From positions 17,667 to 81,666 of the forward strand of contig CAWCTU010000006.1 in the NCBI GenBank assembly GCA_963798405.1: a DNA stretch of 64,000 bases, written 5' to 3'. Shown in pieces: positions 1 to 10,199 of this stretch. This stretch comes from an uncultured Actinomycetota bacterium (lineage in GTDB: Bacteria > Actinomycetota > Actinomycetes > Mycobacteriales > Mycobacteriaceae). The translations under genes were made by a program, and so were the position numbers. The number at the start of each line of letters is the position of its first letter. Position 1 is the stretch's first letter. The notes beneath the pieces are model-generated. The model saw only the letters and a list, made by a program, of their open reading frames with translations. It was not told where the DNA came from and made no database searches.

Positions 1-450
1 CACTGCGACCGAAAGTCTCCGGTACCGATCGCGAAGTTCGTTGCGGTGCAAGCGGAATCCCTCGAACCTTTCCACCCGCAGTTCGGGTAGCAGATAGAGG
101 GCACCGAGGTTCCAGGTGCTGTTGCACAGCTGGGTGGCGTCGGCGACGGCAAGTGCGTGCAGCCGTGGCGCGGCCGGACCCACCTCTGCGATGAGTTCGG
201 CCGCCAGGCGCAACGGTTCGTCGACCGTGCCGGTCAAGAGTGCGTCGAGGATGTCGTCCTTCGTCGCGAAGTGGTGATACAGCGAAGCCTGTCGGACCCC
301 GACGGCATCGGCGATCCGACGGGTCGAGGTGTTGGCGTACCCGCCCGTCGTGAACAGCTCCGCCGCGGCGTCGAGGATCTCGTCGCGTGCGGTCTTCCCG
401 GGCCTGCGGGATCGTTCCAGCCGTGGCCGGCCACGGCCGTCGCTTTGCAT
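1..450 (-). CDS. amtR: TetR-family regulator, AmtR-like (3' end runs off the window)
   Basis: Manual translation gives MQSDGRGRPRLERSRRPGKTARDEILDAAAELFTTGGYANTSTRRIADAVGVRQASLYHHF, a TetR HTH. It is divergent from urea-carboxylase-associated genes, with AmtR-type boxes between them. Confidence 0.75.
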   Translation of the reverse strand, partial: MQSDGRGRPRLERSRRPGKTARDEILDAAAELFTTGGYANTSTRRIADAVGVRQASLYHHFATKDDILDALLTGTVDEPLRLAAELIAEVGPAAPRLHALAVADATQLCNSTWNLGALYLLPELRVERFEGFRLHRNELRDRYRRLSVAV

Positions 451-489
451 GGCCACATTGTGGCACCAGCGTTCACCGTGCCATATTTC

Positions 490-503
490 CTATCGTTTGA
501 TAG
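490..503. promoter_or_regulatory. AmtR-type operator CTATC-N4-GATAG
   Basis: Perfect inverted repeat CTATCgtttGATAG with AT-rich flanks; fits the CTAT-N6-ATAG AmtR consensus. Confidence 0.65.
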
Positions 504-560
504 AAATAAGTCTCAACGCGCTCGTAACAGCGACGACACCGCTGCGAACCGCGAATTCGA

Positions 561-580
561 TAACTTTCGAGTGACAGTTA
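561..580. promoter_or_regulatory. Second AmtR-type operator (TAACTTTC-N4-GACAGTTA)
   Basis: 8-bp inverted repeat with one mismatch, directly before the AGGAGG RBS of the first operon gene. Confidence 0.55.
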
Positions 581-592
581 AGGAGGCCAGTC

Positions 593-1339
593 ATGTCGAG
601 CACGAACTCGACCGACGGAGCGCGGTCGCATGCCCGCGACCAAGCAACGACCGCCAGGATGCGGGTACCGAGGTCGCCCGACGCCGATGGCGCGGTGTGG
701 GCCGAAGTCATCCCGGCCGGGTCGTACGCCACCGCGGTGCTGGGGCGCGGTACGCGACTCCGACTCTCAGACCCCGAGGGCGGTGCCTGTGCGCACCTGC
801 TGCTCTTCCGCGCCGGCGCGACCTGGGAGCGACTCAACGTCGCCGACACCATGAAGGTGCCGTGGCAGGCATACCTCGGCGCGGGGCATCCGTTGCTGTC
901 CGATCAGGGCCGACTGCTCGCGACGATCGCCGCCGACACCTCGGGCCACCACGACATGCTCTGCGGGATGACCGACGCCGGTCGCGCCCAGATGCTGCTC
1001 GGCGTGCACAAGCACGGCATGGACGTCCGCGACGTCGCACCGTCCGCGTCCTTCTTCGAAGGCGTTCGGGTGGCGGATGACGGCGGCTTGACCTTCGTCG
1101 GATCGGCGGGCGCGGGGAAGTCGGTCGACCTGCTGATCCACCTGCCCCTGGTAGTGGTACTCGTCAACGCCGCCCACCCGCTCGACCCCTCCCCGGAGGT
1201 CACCGATCTGGACGTCCTCGCGTGGCCGGCGGGCACCGAACTGACCGAACCTGTCAACGCAGAGCCCGAATACCTGCGTGCCCTGTTCAATACCGAAAGT
1301 GTTTGGGCCACTGCACAGAACAGCGAGGCAGTCCGATGA
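593..1339 (+). CDS. Urea carboxylase-associated protein 1 (DUF1989; carboxyguanidine deiminase subunit, CgdA-like)
   Basis: ERLNVADTMKVPWQAYL and HHDMLCG motifs; RBS present; paired with a second DUF1989 gene. Confidence 0.85.
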   Translation: MSSTNSTDGARSHARDQATTARMRVPRSPDADGAVWAEVIPAGSYATAVLGRGTRLRLSDPEGGACAHLLLFRAGATWERLNVADTMKVPWQAYLGAGHPLLSDQGRLLATIAADTSGHHDMLCGMTDAGRAQMLLGVHKHGMDVRDVAPSASFFEGVRVADDGGLTFVGSAGAGKSVDLLIHLPLVVVLVNAAHPLDPSPEVTDLDVLAWPAGTELTEPVNAEPEYLRALFNTESVWATAQNSEAVR

Positions 1340-1974
1340 CGACCAATGTCGCGGCAGCGACCGGCCCCGTGGTCTCCGACGAGATCGTCGCGGCGTGCGC
1401 GCCGTGGTCGGCGGTGGTGAAGGCCGGTCAGCAATTGCAGATCATCGACGTGAACGGCAACCAGGCCGTCGACACGCTCTTCTACGCCGCGCACGACCAC
1501 GCCATCCGCTACAGCGCGCAGGCAACGGTCCTCGGTCAGGGAAACATCTTCCTGACGACGGGCTCGGTGCTGCGCGCCGCGGACGGCACCGCGCTGATGA
1601 CGATCGTCGCCGACGAGGTGGGCAACCACGACACCATTGCGGGCGCCTGCTCGAAGGAGTCGAACACGCTGCGGTACGGGCACCACACCGTGCACCAGCA
1701 CGCGTGCGCCGAGAACTTCCTCGCGGAGGCCACCAGGTGGGGCATGGGCAAGCGCGACATCGTCTCGAACGTGAACTTCTTCATGAACGTGCCCGTCGAG
1801 TCCGACGGCACACTCGGCATCGTCGACGGATTGTCGGCGCCAGGTAAGTCGCTGACGCTGCGTGCCGACATCGACACCCTGGTCCTCGTGTCGAACTGTC
1901 CGCAGATCAACAACCCGTGCAACGGCTTCGACCCCACACCGGCACGGATGGTCATCACGGACCCCGCGCGATGA
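1336..1974 (+). CDS. Urea carboxylase-associated protein 2 (DUF1989; CgdB-like)
   Basis: [33 protein letters not shown] and [12 protein letters not shown] motifs; ATGA overlap with the upstream gene. Confidence 0.88.
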   Translation: MTTNVAAATGPVVSDEIVAACAPWSAVVKAGQQLQIIDVNGNQAVDTLFYAAHDHAIRYSAQATVLGQGNIFLTTGSVLRAADGTALMTIVADEVGNHDTIAGACSKESNTLRYGHHTVHQHACAENFLAEATRWGMGKRDIVSNVNFFMNVPVESDGTLGIVDGLSAPGKSLTLRADIDTLVLVSNCPQINNPCNGFDPTPARMVITDPAR

Positions 1975-3977
1975 CGAGAACCATCGAGGTACTTCGCCAG
2001 GGCCTGCTGACCTCGGTCCAGGACTGGCCGGGCCGAATCGGTTTCTGGCACATCGGAGTTCCGCCGTCAGGGCCCATGGACGATCTGTCGTTTCGGATCG
2101 GCAACCGGGTACTTGGCAACGGCGAGGGCGTCGCGGGCCTCGAATGCACGCGGGGAGGGCCTGCCCTGCGGTTCCCCGACGGCGGCCGGGTATGCGTGGC
2201 CGGTGCGCCGGTGACGGTGACGGTCGACGGGACGCCCACGCCACAGTGGCAGTCGGTCGACGTCTCCCCCGGCGGCGTGCTCGACGTCGGCATGCTGAAC
2301 GGACCTGGCATGCGGTGCTACGTGTTGGTGGCCGGCGGCATCGTCGAACCCGAATACCTTGGCAGCACGGCCACGTTCGCGATGGGCGCGTTCGGCGGGC
2401 ACTGCGGTCGCTCGCTGCGCGACGGTGACACGCTGACCGTCGGCGATGATCCCGGACCGCACGAGATGTGGCCGGACCGTGCCGCGCGCGCGGCGATCGA
2501 CGAGCAGCCGAGCATCGGCCATCGGTGGGAGATCGCCGTGACCGAGGGCCCCCACGCTGCACCCGAGTTCTTCACCCGCGCCGACATCGACACCGTATTC
2601 GGCACCGATTACACCGTGCACTTCAACTCCGATCGCACGGGCGTGCGGCTCGAGGGCCCGAAACCGCAATGGGCGCGCAGCGACGGCGGAGAGGCCGGTC
2701 TGCACCCGTCGAACATTCACGACAACGCGTATTGCGTTGGTGCACTCGACTTCACGGGCGATACCCCAATCATTCTCGGGCCGGATGGTCCGAGCCTCGG
2801 CGGATTCGTGTGTCCGGTGACCGTGGTCGGTGGCGACCGGTGGAAGCTCGGCCAGATGGCCCCGGGCGACACCGTGCGGTTCGTGCCGGTGCGCGCAGAC
2901 AACGCGCCGTCGCTTCGCACGATCGACGTCGACCGACGCGCGTCGTTCCCCGCGGTGCTTTCGACGTCGAGCGACGGTGACGACGGCGTGCTCAGCAGAT
3001 TCACCGCTCCCGACGGAACCGCGGTCACACTCCGGCGCGCAGGCGATGGTGGCGTGCTCGTCGAATACGGCCCGATGACGCTCGACCTCGCGATGCGCGC
3101 GCGCGTGCACGTGCTGGACGAGCAGCTGCGGGCGCTCGAGCATCCCGGAATCACCGAGATCACGCCCGGCGTGCGATCGCTTCAGGTGCAGTTCGACCCC
3201 GTCACCCTTCCGATGGCCGACGTCGTGGACTTACTCGGCCGACTGGACGGCGAACTGCCACCATCGGACCGACTGGTCGTACCGAGCCGTGCCGTGCGGT
3301 TGCCGCTGTCCTGGGACGACCCCGCCACGCACGAGGCGATCGAGCGCTACATGCACGGCGTCAGGGCCGACGCACCGTGGTGTCCCGACAACATCGAGTT
3401 CATCCGACGCATCAACGGACTCGACGACGTCACGGCCGTGCACGACATCGTGTTCGACGCGCAGTACCTGGTGCTGGGCCTTGGCGACGTCTATCTGGGC
3501 GCGCCCGTGGCCACGCCGCTGGACCCACGCCACCGCCTGGTGACCACGAAGTACAACCCGGCGCGGACCTGGACACCGGAGAACGCGGTCGGCATCGGCG
3601 GGGCATACATGTGCATCTATGGCATGGAGGGGCCCGGCGGCTACCAGTTCGTCGGCCGGACCACGCAGGTGTGGAACCACTGCCACCCGCGCTCGGCGAG
3701 CGGATTCTCCGACGGAACACCTTGGCTGCTGCGCTATTTCGACCGGATCAGCTTCTATCCGGTCAGCGCCGAGGAACTGCTCGACCTGAGAGCGGACACG
3801 GCCGCGGGGCGCGGTGTCGTCGACATCACCGATGGCGAGTTCTCGCTGTCCGCATACCAACGGTTCCTCGCGGAGAACGCGGAGGGCATCGCGGAGTTCC
3901 GTGAGGTGCAGGCCGGCGCCTTCGCCGCCGAGCGGGCGAGGTGGGATCTCTCGGGCGAATTCCAGCGCGCAGGCTGA
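1971..3977 (+). CDS. Urea/guanidine carboxylase, carboxyltransferase domains only
   Basis: [60 protein letters not shown] motifs. No biotin carboxylase domain and no biotinyl (AMKM) domain. Confidence 0.85.
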   Translation: MTRTIEVLRQGLLTSVQDWPGRIGFWHIGVPPSGPMDDLSFRIGNRVLGNGEGVAGLECTRGGPALRFPDGGRVCVAGAPVTVTVDGTPTPQWQSVDVSPGGVLDVGMLNGPGMRCYVLVAGGIVEPEYLGSTATFAMGAFGGHCGRSLRDGDTLTVGDDPGPHEMWPDRAARAAIDEQPSIGHRWEIAVTEGPHAAPEFFTRADIDTVFGTDYTVHFNSDRTGVRLEGPKPQWARSDGGEAGLHPSNIHDNAYCVGALDFTGDTPIILGPDGPSLGGFVCPVTVVGGDRWKLGQMAPGDTVRFVPVRADNAPSLRTIDVDRRASFPAVLSTSSDGDDGVLSRFTAPDGTAVTLRRAGDGGVLVEYGPMTLDLAMRARVHVLDEQLRALEHPGITEITPGVRSLQVQFDPVTLPMADVVDLLGRLDGELPPSDRLVVPSRAVRLPLSWDDPATHEAIERYMHGVRADAPWCPDNIEFIRRINGLDDVTAVHDIVFDAQYLVLGLGDVYLGAPVATPLDPRHRLVTTKYNPARTWTPENAVGIGGAYMCIYGMEGPGGYQFVGRTTQVWNHCHPRSASGFSDGTPWLLRYFDRISFYPVSAEELLDLRADTAAGRGVVDITDGEFSLSAYQRFLAENAEGIAEFREVQAGAFAAERARWDLSGEFQRAG

Positions 3978-4066
3978 CCGGTCGGCAGGCTCTAGCTGCT
4001 CGTTCATCTGGATGTGGCACTCTGTTCACGAATTTCGACGAGTATTCACGTCCTACTGAAGGCGAA

Positions 4067-5570
4067 ATGGCAGCTGACAAGCGTAATCCGGACCGGCACA
4101 CGGAGATCGAGCGCAAGTTCGCAGTGACCGAACGCAGCGTGTCCCCGTCGTTCGATGGCCTGGCATCCGTTGCCGCAGTCGATCGCTCACCCACTCAGCA
4201 CCTCGAAGCCGTCTACTACGACACACCCGAGCAAGCTCTCGCCGCGCGGAAGATCACCCTCCGCAGGCGCACCGGTGGGCCGGACGCTGGTTGGCACCTC
4301 AAGCTGCCTGCCGGCTCCGACGCCAGGACCGAGATCCGGCTGCCGCTCGGCGACGACGACGGCGCGGTGCCCGCGGAACTCAAGGACATCGTGCTCGCCA
4401 TCGTCCGCGATCGGCCGCTCGGTCCGGTCGCGCGCATCGCGACCACCCGCGTCGTCGACGTGCTCTACGGGCCGTCGCGAAACCCGCTCGCCGAGTTCTG
4501 CGATGACCAGGTGACGGCCTCGGCGGGCACCGACGCCGAACCTCAGCACTGGCGAGAGTGGGAACTCGAGCTCGTCGAGGGCGTGGAACCCGACTTCGGG
4601 GCGGAGCTGTTGGACCGGCTGTCCAACCGCCTGCTGGACGCGGGAGCCGAGCCCGCGGGGCACGGATCGAAACTGGCGCGGGTACTGGCGAATTCGCACG
4701 GCGACGCGCGGGCCGAACCGCCGGCACGACTCGTCCGACCCCGTGCACCGCGCCGTCGCCGAGCAGGTGGGCGAACTGCTGGTGTGGGATCGCGCGGTCC
4801 GGGCAGACGCCTGGGACTCCGTCCATCAGATGCGCGTGGCAACCCGCAAGATTCGCAGCCTGCTGCAGGACTCGGAGGAGTCGTTCGGCATCGCCGACGG
4901 CGACTGGATCCTCGACGAACTGCGCATGCTCGCCGGGATCCTGGGCGTCGCGCGCGATGCCGAGGTGCTCGCCGAGCGCTATGAACGCGTGCTCGACGAG
5001 CTGCCCGCGAACCTGGTGCGTGGGCCGGTCCGGGCGCGACTGGTCGATGGCGCGAAGCGACGATACGACGTCGGGCTGAAGCGTTCGCTGACCGCGATGC
5101 GCTCCACCCGTTACTTCCGATTGCTCGACCGACTGGACGAACTGATCGCCGTCGAGCCGCCGACCTCGGCGTCGGGTGACGCGCCGGCACCGGTGAAGGT
5201 CGACGCGGCGTACAAGAAGGTCCGCAAGGCCGCGAAGGCCGCCGATGCGGCCACGTCTCCCGAAGAGCACGACGAGACCCTGCACCGGATTCGCAAGCGC
5301 GCCAAGCGACTTCGCTACACGGCCGCCGCGACCGGATCGGGATCGGTCGCCGAGAAGGCCAAGGGGATTCAGACGCTGCTGGGCGATCACCAGGACGCCG
5401 TGGTCAGTCGCACGCACCTCATCGAGCAGGCCGACGCCGCGCAGGCCGCCGGCGAGGAGACGTTCACCTACGGCCTGCTCTTCGAGCGCGAGCACGATGT
5501 GGCGGTGCGCGCGGCCGAGCAACTCGGCGACGCCCTCAAGCAGCTGAAGAAGGCCGTTCGAGCGGGCTAA
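4067..5570 (+). CDS. CYTH + CHAD domain protein (Rv2226-like); frameshift near 4735
   Basis: EIERKF CYTH motif and WHLKLP in the first frame; CHAD motifs VHQMRVATRKIR and LHRIRKRAKRLRY in the second. Confidence 0.88.
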
Positions 5571-5629
5571 CGTGCGACGAGCAGCAAGCCGCCGCCTCAC
5601 GGCATCGCGATCTCGAGGCGGGTGGCGGG

Positions 5630-6053
<424 letters not shown>

Positions 6054-6078
6054 CGCTGATCACCGTACTCTGAAGCGC

Positions 6079-6531
6079 ATGCCGCAGGTGCCACCGGCTC
6101 GATATCTGCTGCGCGCCAGGGACCTCGTCGACGCCCGATACGCCGAGCAGATCACCGTCGACGACCTCGCCGCTGCGGCCGGCCTCTCCCGGGCGCACTT
6201 CTCGCGCCTGTTCACCCGCACGTTCGGCGAATCGCCGCGGGCGTACCTGCAGACGCGACGCCTCGAGCGCGCCGCGGCACTGCTGCGCCATACCGACCGC
6301 TCGGTAGCCGACATCTGCGTGATGGTCGGCCTGGCGAGCGTCGGCTCGTTCACCACCAGCTTCGCGCGGGTGTACGGGAAGCCGCCGGCGGCCTATCGGG
6401 CCGCGATGCCGCCCGCAGTCACCCGCGCCCGGGTGCCCAGCTGCGTGCTCCAGCGCGACACCAGGCCGGCTGCCGATAGTCGAGTGAAGACAGCACACGG
6501 GGAGAAGACGACCGTCGATCGCCGACCGTAG
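6079..6531 (+). CDS. Short AraC-family regulator (HTH only)
   Basis: LAAAAGLSRAHFSRLFTRTFGESPRAYL and VGLASVGSFTTSF motifs. Confidence 0.9.
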   Translation: MPQVPPARYLLRARDLVDARYAEQITVDDLAAAAGLSRAHFSRLFTRTFGESPRAYLQTRRLERAAALLRHTDRSVADICVMVGLASVGSFTTSFARVYGKPPAAYRAAMPPAVTRARVPSCVLQRDTRPAADSRVKTAHGEKTTVDRRP

Positions 6532-6541
6532 CGTCGGGCAC

Positions 6542-6961
6542 GTGATGAAAATTGGAAGCACCCACCTGTGGGTCCACGATCAAGAAGTCGCATGCAAGTT
6601 CTGGACCGAGAAGGTCGGGATGGAGGTGCGCGAGGACGTGTCGTTTCCCGAGGAGATGGGCGCGTTTCGGTGGCTCACCGTCGGGCCGCCCGGGCAGGAC
6701 GACGTCAGCATCGTGCTGATGGCGGTTCCCGGCGAGCCGGTGATGGACGAGGAGACCCGCAAGCAGGTGCTCGACCTGACGGCCAAGGGCTTCGCGGGCA
6801 CGGTCTTCCTCACTACCGACGACGTCCAGGCGCGGTACGAGGAACTGACCGCGAGGGGCGTCGACTACAACGAGCCGCCCAACCAGATGCCCTATGGCAT
6901 CGACTCCGGCTTCCGCGATCCGTCGGGCAACAGTGTCCGGCTGACGCAGCTCCACCCCTAG
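6542..6961 (+). CDS. VOC/glyoxalase family protein
   Basis: HLWVHDQ..FWTEKVG, RWLTVGPP and PYGIDSGFRDPSGN motifs. Confidence 0.9.
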   Translation: MMKIGSTHLWVHDQEVACKFWTEKVGMEVREDVSFPEEMGAFRWLTVGPPGQDDVSIVLMAVPGEPVMDEETRKQVLDLTAKGFAGTVFLTTDDVQARYEELTARGVDYNEPPNQMPYGIDSGFRDPSGNSVRLTQLHP

Positions 6962-8220
6962 GCGGCGTGTAGTACGAGGCGGACGCCGAGGGCGTGTTCG
7001 ATGTCGCTGGCGGTGACGGTGTCGATTTTGCCGGGTAGTGGCGGTGCGTTGGATCTGTGGCGGGCGCCGGTGGGGGTGGTGAATTCGGCGGTGTGCGTGC
7101 CGGTGTCGTCGGTGTGGGTGCACACCCGCCAGCCCGGCGCCTCCTTGGCGTAGTTGCATGCCTCGCACAGGCCGAGCCCGTTGGCGGCGCTGGTTTGCCC
7201 GCCACGGGAGTCGGGCTGGGCGTGGTCGCGATGGCGGATCGGCGCGTTGCAGTACGGGGTGCGACACGTGTCATCGCGCAGATCGATGAATCTGGCCAGC
7301 CCCTTGGGAAACTTGCGAGCCCGCGACTCCATCGCCACCAGGGCACCGGAGCGGGGATGCTTGTAGAGCCTGCGCAGCGTGGCGCGTGACATTTTGTTGC
7401 CGGCCGCGGCCGCGATCAGCCGCCGCGCGATCGCCGCGGGGATCGGCCCGTACCCCTCGACGCGAGCCGGCGCGGGATCGTCGGCGAACAGGCTCTCGTC
7501 GGAGAGGGCGACGTTGACCGCGACCGGCACCGGGACCTCGGCGGGGCGTCCGGTGACGCGTTCGTAGAGGGTGTCGGCCATGACTTGGCCGCGGGTGCGG
7601 TCGTCGTAGGTGGTGTCGGCCTGCTTCTTGAGGGCGGCGTAGACGGCCACTCCTTGCGGCATGGGTAGCAGGGCGGTGAGGTAGGCCATGTTGTCGGGGG
7701 CGGGGCGGCTGGTCACGGCGCGTTCGGATTCCGCACGCACCGCGCGGTCGACGATCGCTTGCGGGTCGAGGCGGTAGGCGATCGTCTTGGCGTCGGCTTC
7801 GATGCGCTTGTCGCCCTTGCCTTCCAGGCTGGTCTGATCGGCGCACAACTCGGCGTCCAGGGTGGCGCGGTCTTCGACGCTCAGGCAGGCCGATTCGCGC
7901 ACGATCAGGGTGGCCCGCCATTCGGTGAGCACTCCCGCCTGCAGTGCGGCCAGGGTGTGGGGCATTTCGTGGACCAGGGCGCGGGCGAACCCGAGGTGGC
8001 GTCCACCCTGGTTCGGGGAGGCGAGCCGCGCCAACGCGATCTCACTGCCCAACCCCTTGCCCCGCTTGGCCGCGGGCACCCCACGGGCAGCCTCGGCGGC
8101 GCGGCGTTTCTCATCGAAGGCGACCGTGGCCCGGGCCTGCTCGGCCGCAGCGGCCGACTTCGACCGTTCCAACTCCCTGATCCGTTCGGCGAGGGCAGCC
8201 TCGTCGAGATCTTCGAACAT
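6958..8220 (-). CDS. DUF222/HNH endonuclease (13E12 repeat family)
   Basis: C-terminal RDDTCRTPYC..HRDH..NGLGLCEACN..KE HNH motif after a DUF222-like helical region. Confidence 0.88.
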   Translation of the reverse strand: MFEDLDEAALAERIRELERSKSAAAAEQARATVAFDEKRRAAEAARGVPAAKRGKGLGSEIALARLASPNQGGRHLGFARALVHEMPHTLAALQAGVLTEWRATLIVRESACLSVEDRATLDAELCADQTSLEGKGDKRIEADAKTIAYRLDPQAIVDRAVRAESERAVTSRPAPDNMAYLTALLPMPQGVAVYAALKKQADTTYDDRTRGQVMADTLYERVTGRPAEVPVPVAVNVALSDESLFADDPAPARVEGYGPIPAAIARRLIAAAAGNKMSRATLRRLYKHPRSGALVAMESRARKFPKGLARFIDLRDDTCRTPYCNAPIRHRDHAQPDSRGGQTSAANGLGLCEACNYAKEAPGWRVCTHTDDTGTHTAEFTTPTGARHRSNAPPLPGKIDTVTASDIEHALGVRLVLHAA

Positions 8221-8298
8221 GCGTTTGATGGTAAAGAATGGGTCCGACACATTTCTGTCAGCGCGTTCCAGCCAGCCTTGCGCCGATGCCATCCACGC

Positions 8299-9456
8299 AT
8301 GCGCACCGCGGTTCGAGGAGCGATCTGGTTCGGTGCCTACGTCGCGGTGGTCGTCGTCCCGCTCATCTTCGCAACGATCGGCATCGTGGACGACGACAGC
8401 GGCTTCTGGCGAGAGTTCGCGGTGGCATTGGGCTTCGTCGGTCTGTCGATGATGGGGCTGCAGTTCGTTCTCGTCGCGCGACTGCGGACAGTCGCATCAC
8501 CGTTCGGTGAGGACGCTCTCGCTGCTGGTCGTGATCGGGACGTCGATATGGCGGCATGCCCTGCGCATGTCATACGAAGTGTGGCAGGGGATTCACCTGG
8601 TGCTGTCGACGGTCGCGATCACGGCCGCACTCGTGCACGTCGAATTGATTCACCACTACGTCAACCAGCCATGGAAGCGAGTGCTGTGGGCGGTGATGAC
8701 GCTCGGCTTCCTCGCGATCTTCCTGTGGGTCCGCATCGTCAGACCCGTCGTGCGCATGCGGCGGCCGTGGTCGATCGTCTCGATCCACGCGGAACGCGGC
8801 GGCGTGAACACGGTCACGATGCAGCCGATCGGCCACGGCGGCTTCACCTTTGCGCCGGGCCAATTCGGCTGGCTCTCAGTACGACGTTCGCCATTCGCCC
8901 TGACTCAGCACCCATTCTCGTTCTCCTCCAACGGAGATGATGCGTCGTCACTGCAGATGAGCATCAAGGAGCTCGGTGACTTCACCAAGACGATCGCTCC
9001 ATCACCCCGGGGACCGTGGCCTATGTCGACGGTCCGCACGGCGTGTTCTCGCCAGACCACTACCCGGGTCCCGGGTGCGTGTTCCTTGCGGGCGGCGTCG
9101 GAATCGGCCCCATCATGAGCATGGTGCGCACCTTCGCCGACCGCGGCGACCCACGGCCGTGCTACCTGTTCTTCGGCTCGAAGCACCTCGACGATGCGAC
9201 CTACCACGAAGAGATCGCACGGTACGCGGCCGAACTGCCGCTCACCGTGATCCACGTGGCATCCGATCCGCCCAACGACTGGAACGGCAAGCGCGGCTAC
9301 GTCGAGAAGCTGCGCCGCCTTCTGCCGTCCAATTGCGTTGGCCTGCAATACTTCATCTGTGGTCCCGGCGCGATGCAGGACGCCATGGAGGACGCACTCG
9401 CCGAGCTCGGCGTTCCGGGCGACCGAGTCCACACCGAGCGCTTCAACTTCGTCTAG
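8299..9456 (+). pseudogene. Ferric-reductase-like transmembrane + FAD/NAD-binding oxidoreductase, disrupted
   Basis: TM region, QHPFSFSS, VDGPHG, AGGVGIGP and FICGP motifs lie in three frames, with an apparent internal deletion near 8517. Confidence 0.7.
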
Positions 9457-9470
9457 GAAGCAGATCCCAC

Positions 9471-9560
9471 GTGCGACACAAGTACACCCAATGGACCGCC
9501 ATCGCCGTCGCCGCGCTGATCGTGGTCGCGCGCATCGCCTTCGCGCTCATCCAACGCTGA
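9471..9560 (+). CDS. Small 29-aa membrane peptide
   Basis: GTG start after AGGAAG; (M)RHKYTQWTAIAVAALIVVARIAFALIQR forms one hydrophobic helix and fills the gap exactly. Confidence 0.5.
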   Translation: MRHKYTQWTAIAVAALIVVARIAFALIQR

Positions 9561-10199
9561 CTAGTCGCGCCGCCGCAGCACGATCACGTTGTCCTTGAGC
9601 GTGACCTGTTGACCGTCGGGGGCCGTCGCCTCGCGCTCGACTTCCTCGACCCTCGCCCGTTCCCACTCGGACGGCGCCAGGTCGAGACCGTCGATCACTT
9701 CCTCGGCGCTCGGGAACGGGTGGTCGTGCGGCACGTTCTTCGAAAAGGGCGGTGCTGCCCCGTGATCGACGATGACGAGCACGCCTCCTGGGTCGATGGC
9801 CTCTGCGGCCTTGCGCAGGATCTGGGGCCGCTCCAGTCGAACCAGGGAATGAAGGAACTGCGCCGAGACGAGGTCGAACCGTCCGGCGGGAAAGCTGTCC
9901 GAGAGGTCATGGCGCTCGAACTCGATGCGGTCCACCAGCCCGCGCGCCCTGGCCTCGTCGGCAGCGCGTCGCAACGCGGTCTCGGCGATGTCGACCGCCT
10001 TCACCTGCCAACCCCGTTCCGCGAGCCAGAGCGCATCGCCGCCCTCACCGCAGCCGAGGTCGAGCGCACGGCCCGTTGGTAGACCCTCGACGATCTCCGC
10101 AAACTGCGCGTTGACCCGGCCACTCCAGATGCGGTCGCGCTCACCGTAGCGCGCCTCCCAGTACGCCTGCGGGCTCTGCTCGTGCTCAGACGTGTGCAT
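9561..10199 (-). CDS. Class I SAM-dependent methyltransferase
   Basis: ALDLGCGEGGDA and FDLVSAQFLH motifs. Confidence 0.9.
   Translation of the reverse strand: MHTSEHEQSPQAYWEARYGERDRIWSGRVNAQFAEIVEGLPTGRALDLGCGEGGDALWLAERGWQVKAVDIAETALRRAADEARARGLVDRIEFERHDLSDSFPAGRFDLVSAQFLHSLVRLERPQILRKAAEAIDPGGVLVIVDHGAAPPFSKNVPHDHPFPSAEEVIDGLDLAPSEWERARVEEVEREATAPDGQQVTLKDNVIVLRRRD

Noticed and set aside
451-592. Guanidine riboswitch in the operon leader
   Set aside because: I could not see the paired ACGR hairpins or ykkC-type conserved elements; operator palindromes explain the spacer.
904-2562. Long Arg/Pro-rich alternative-frame ORFs (this one and many like it)
   Set aside because: Typical high-GC shadow frames over well-supported genes, with no family motifs.
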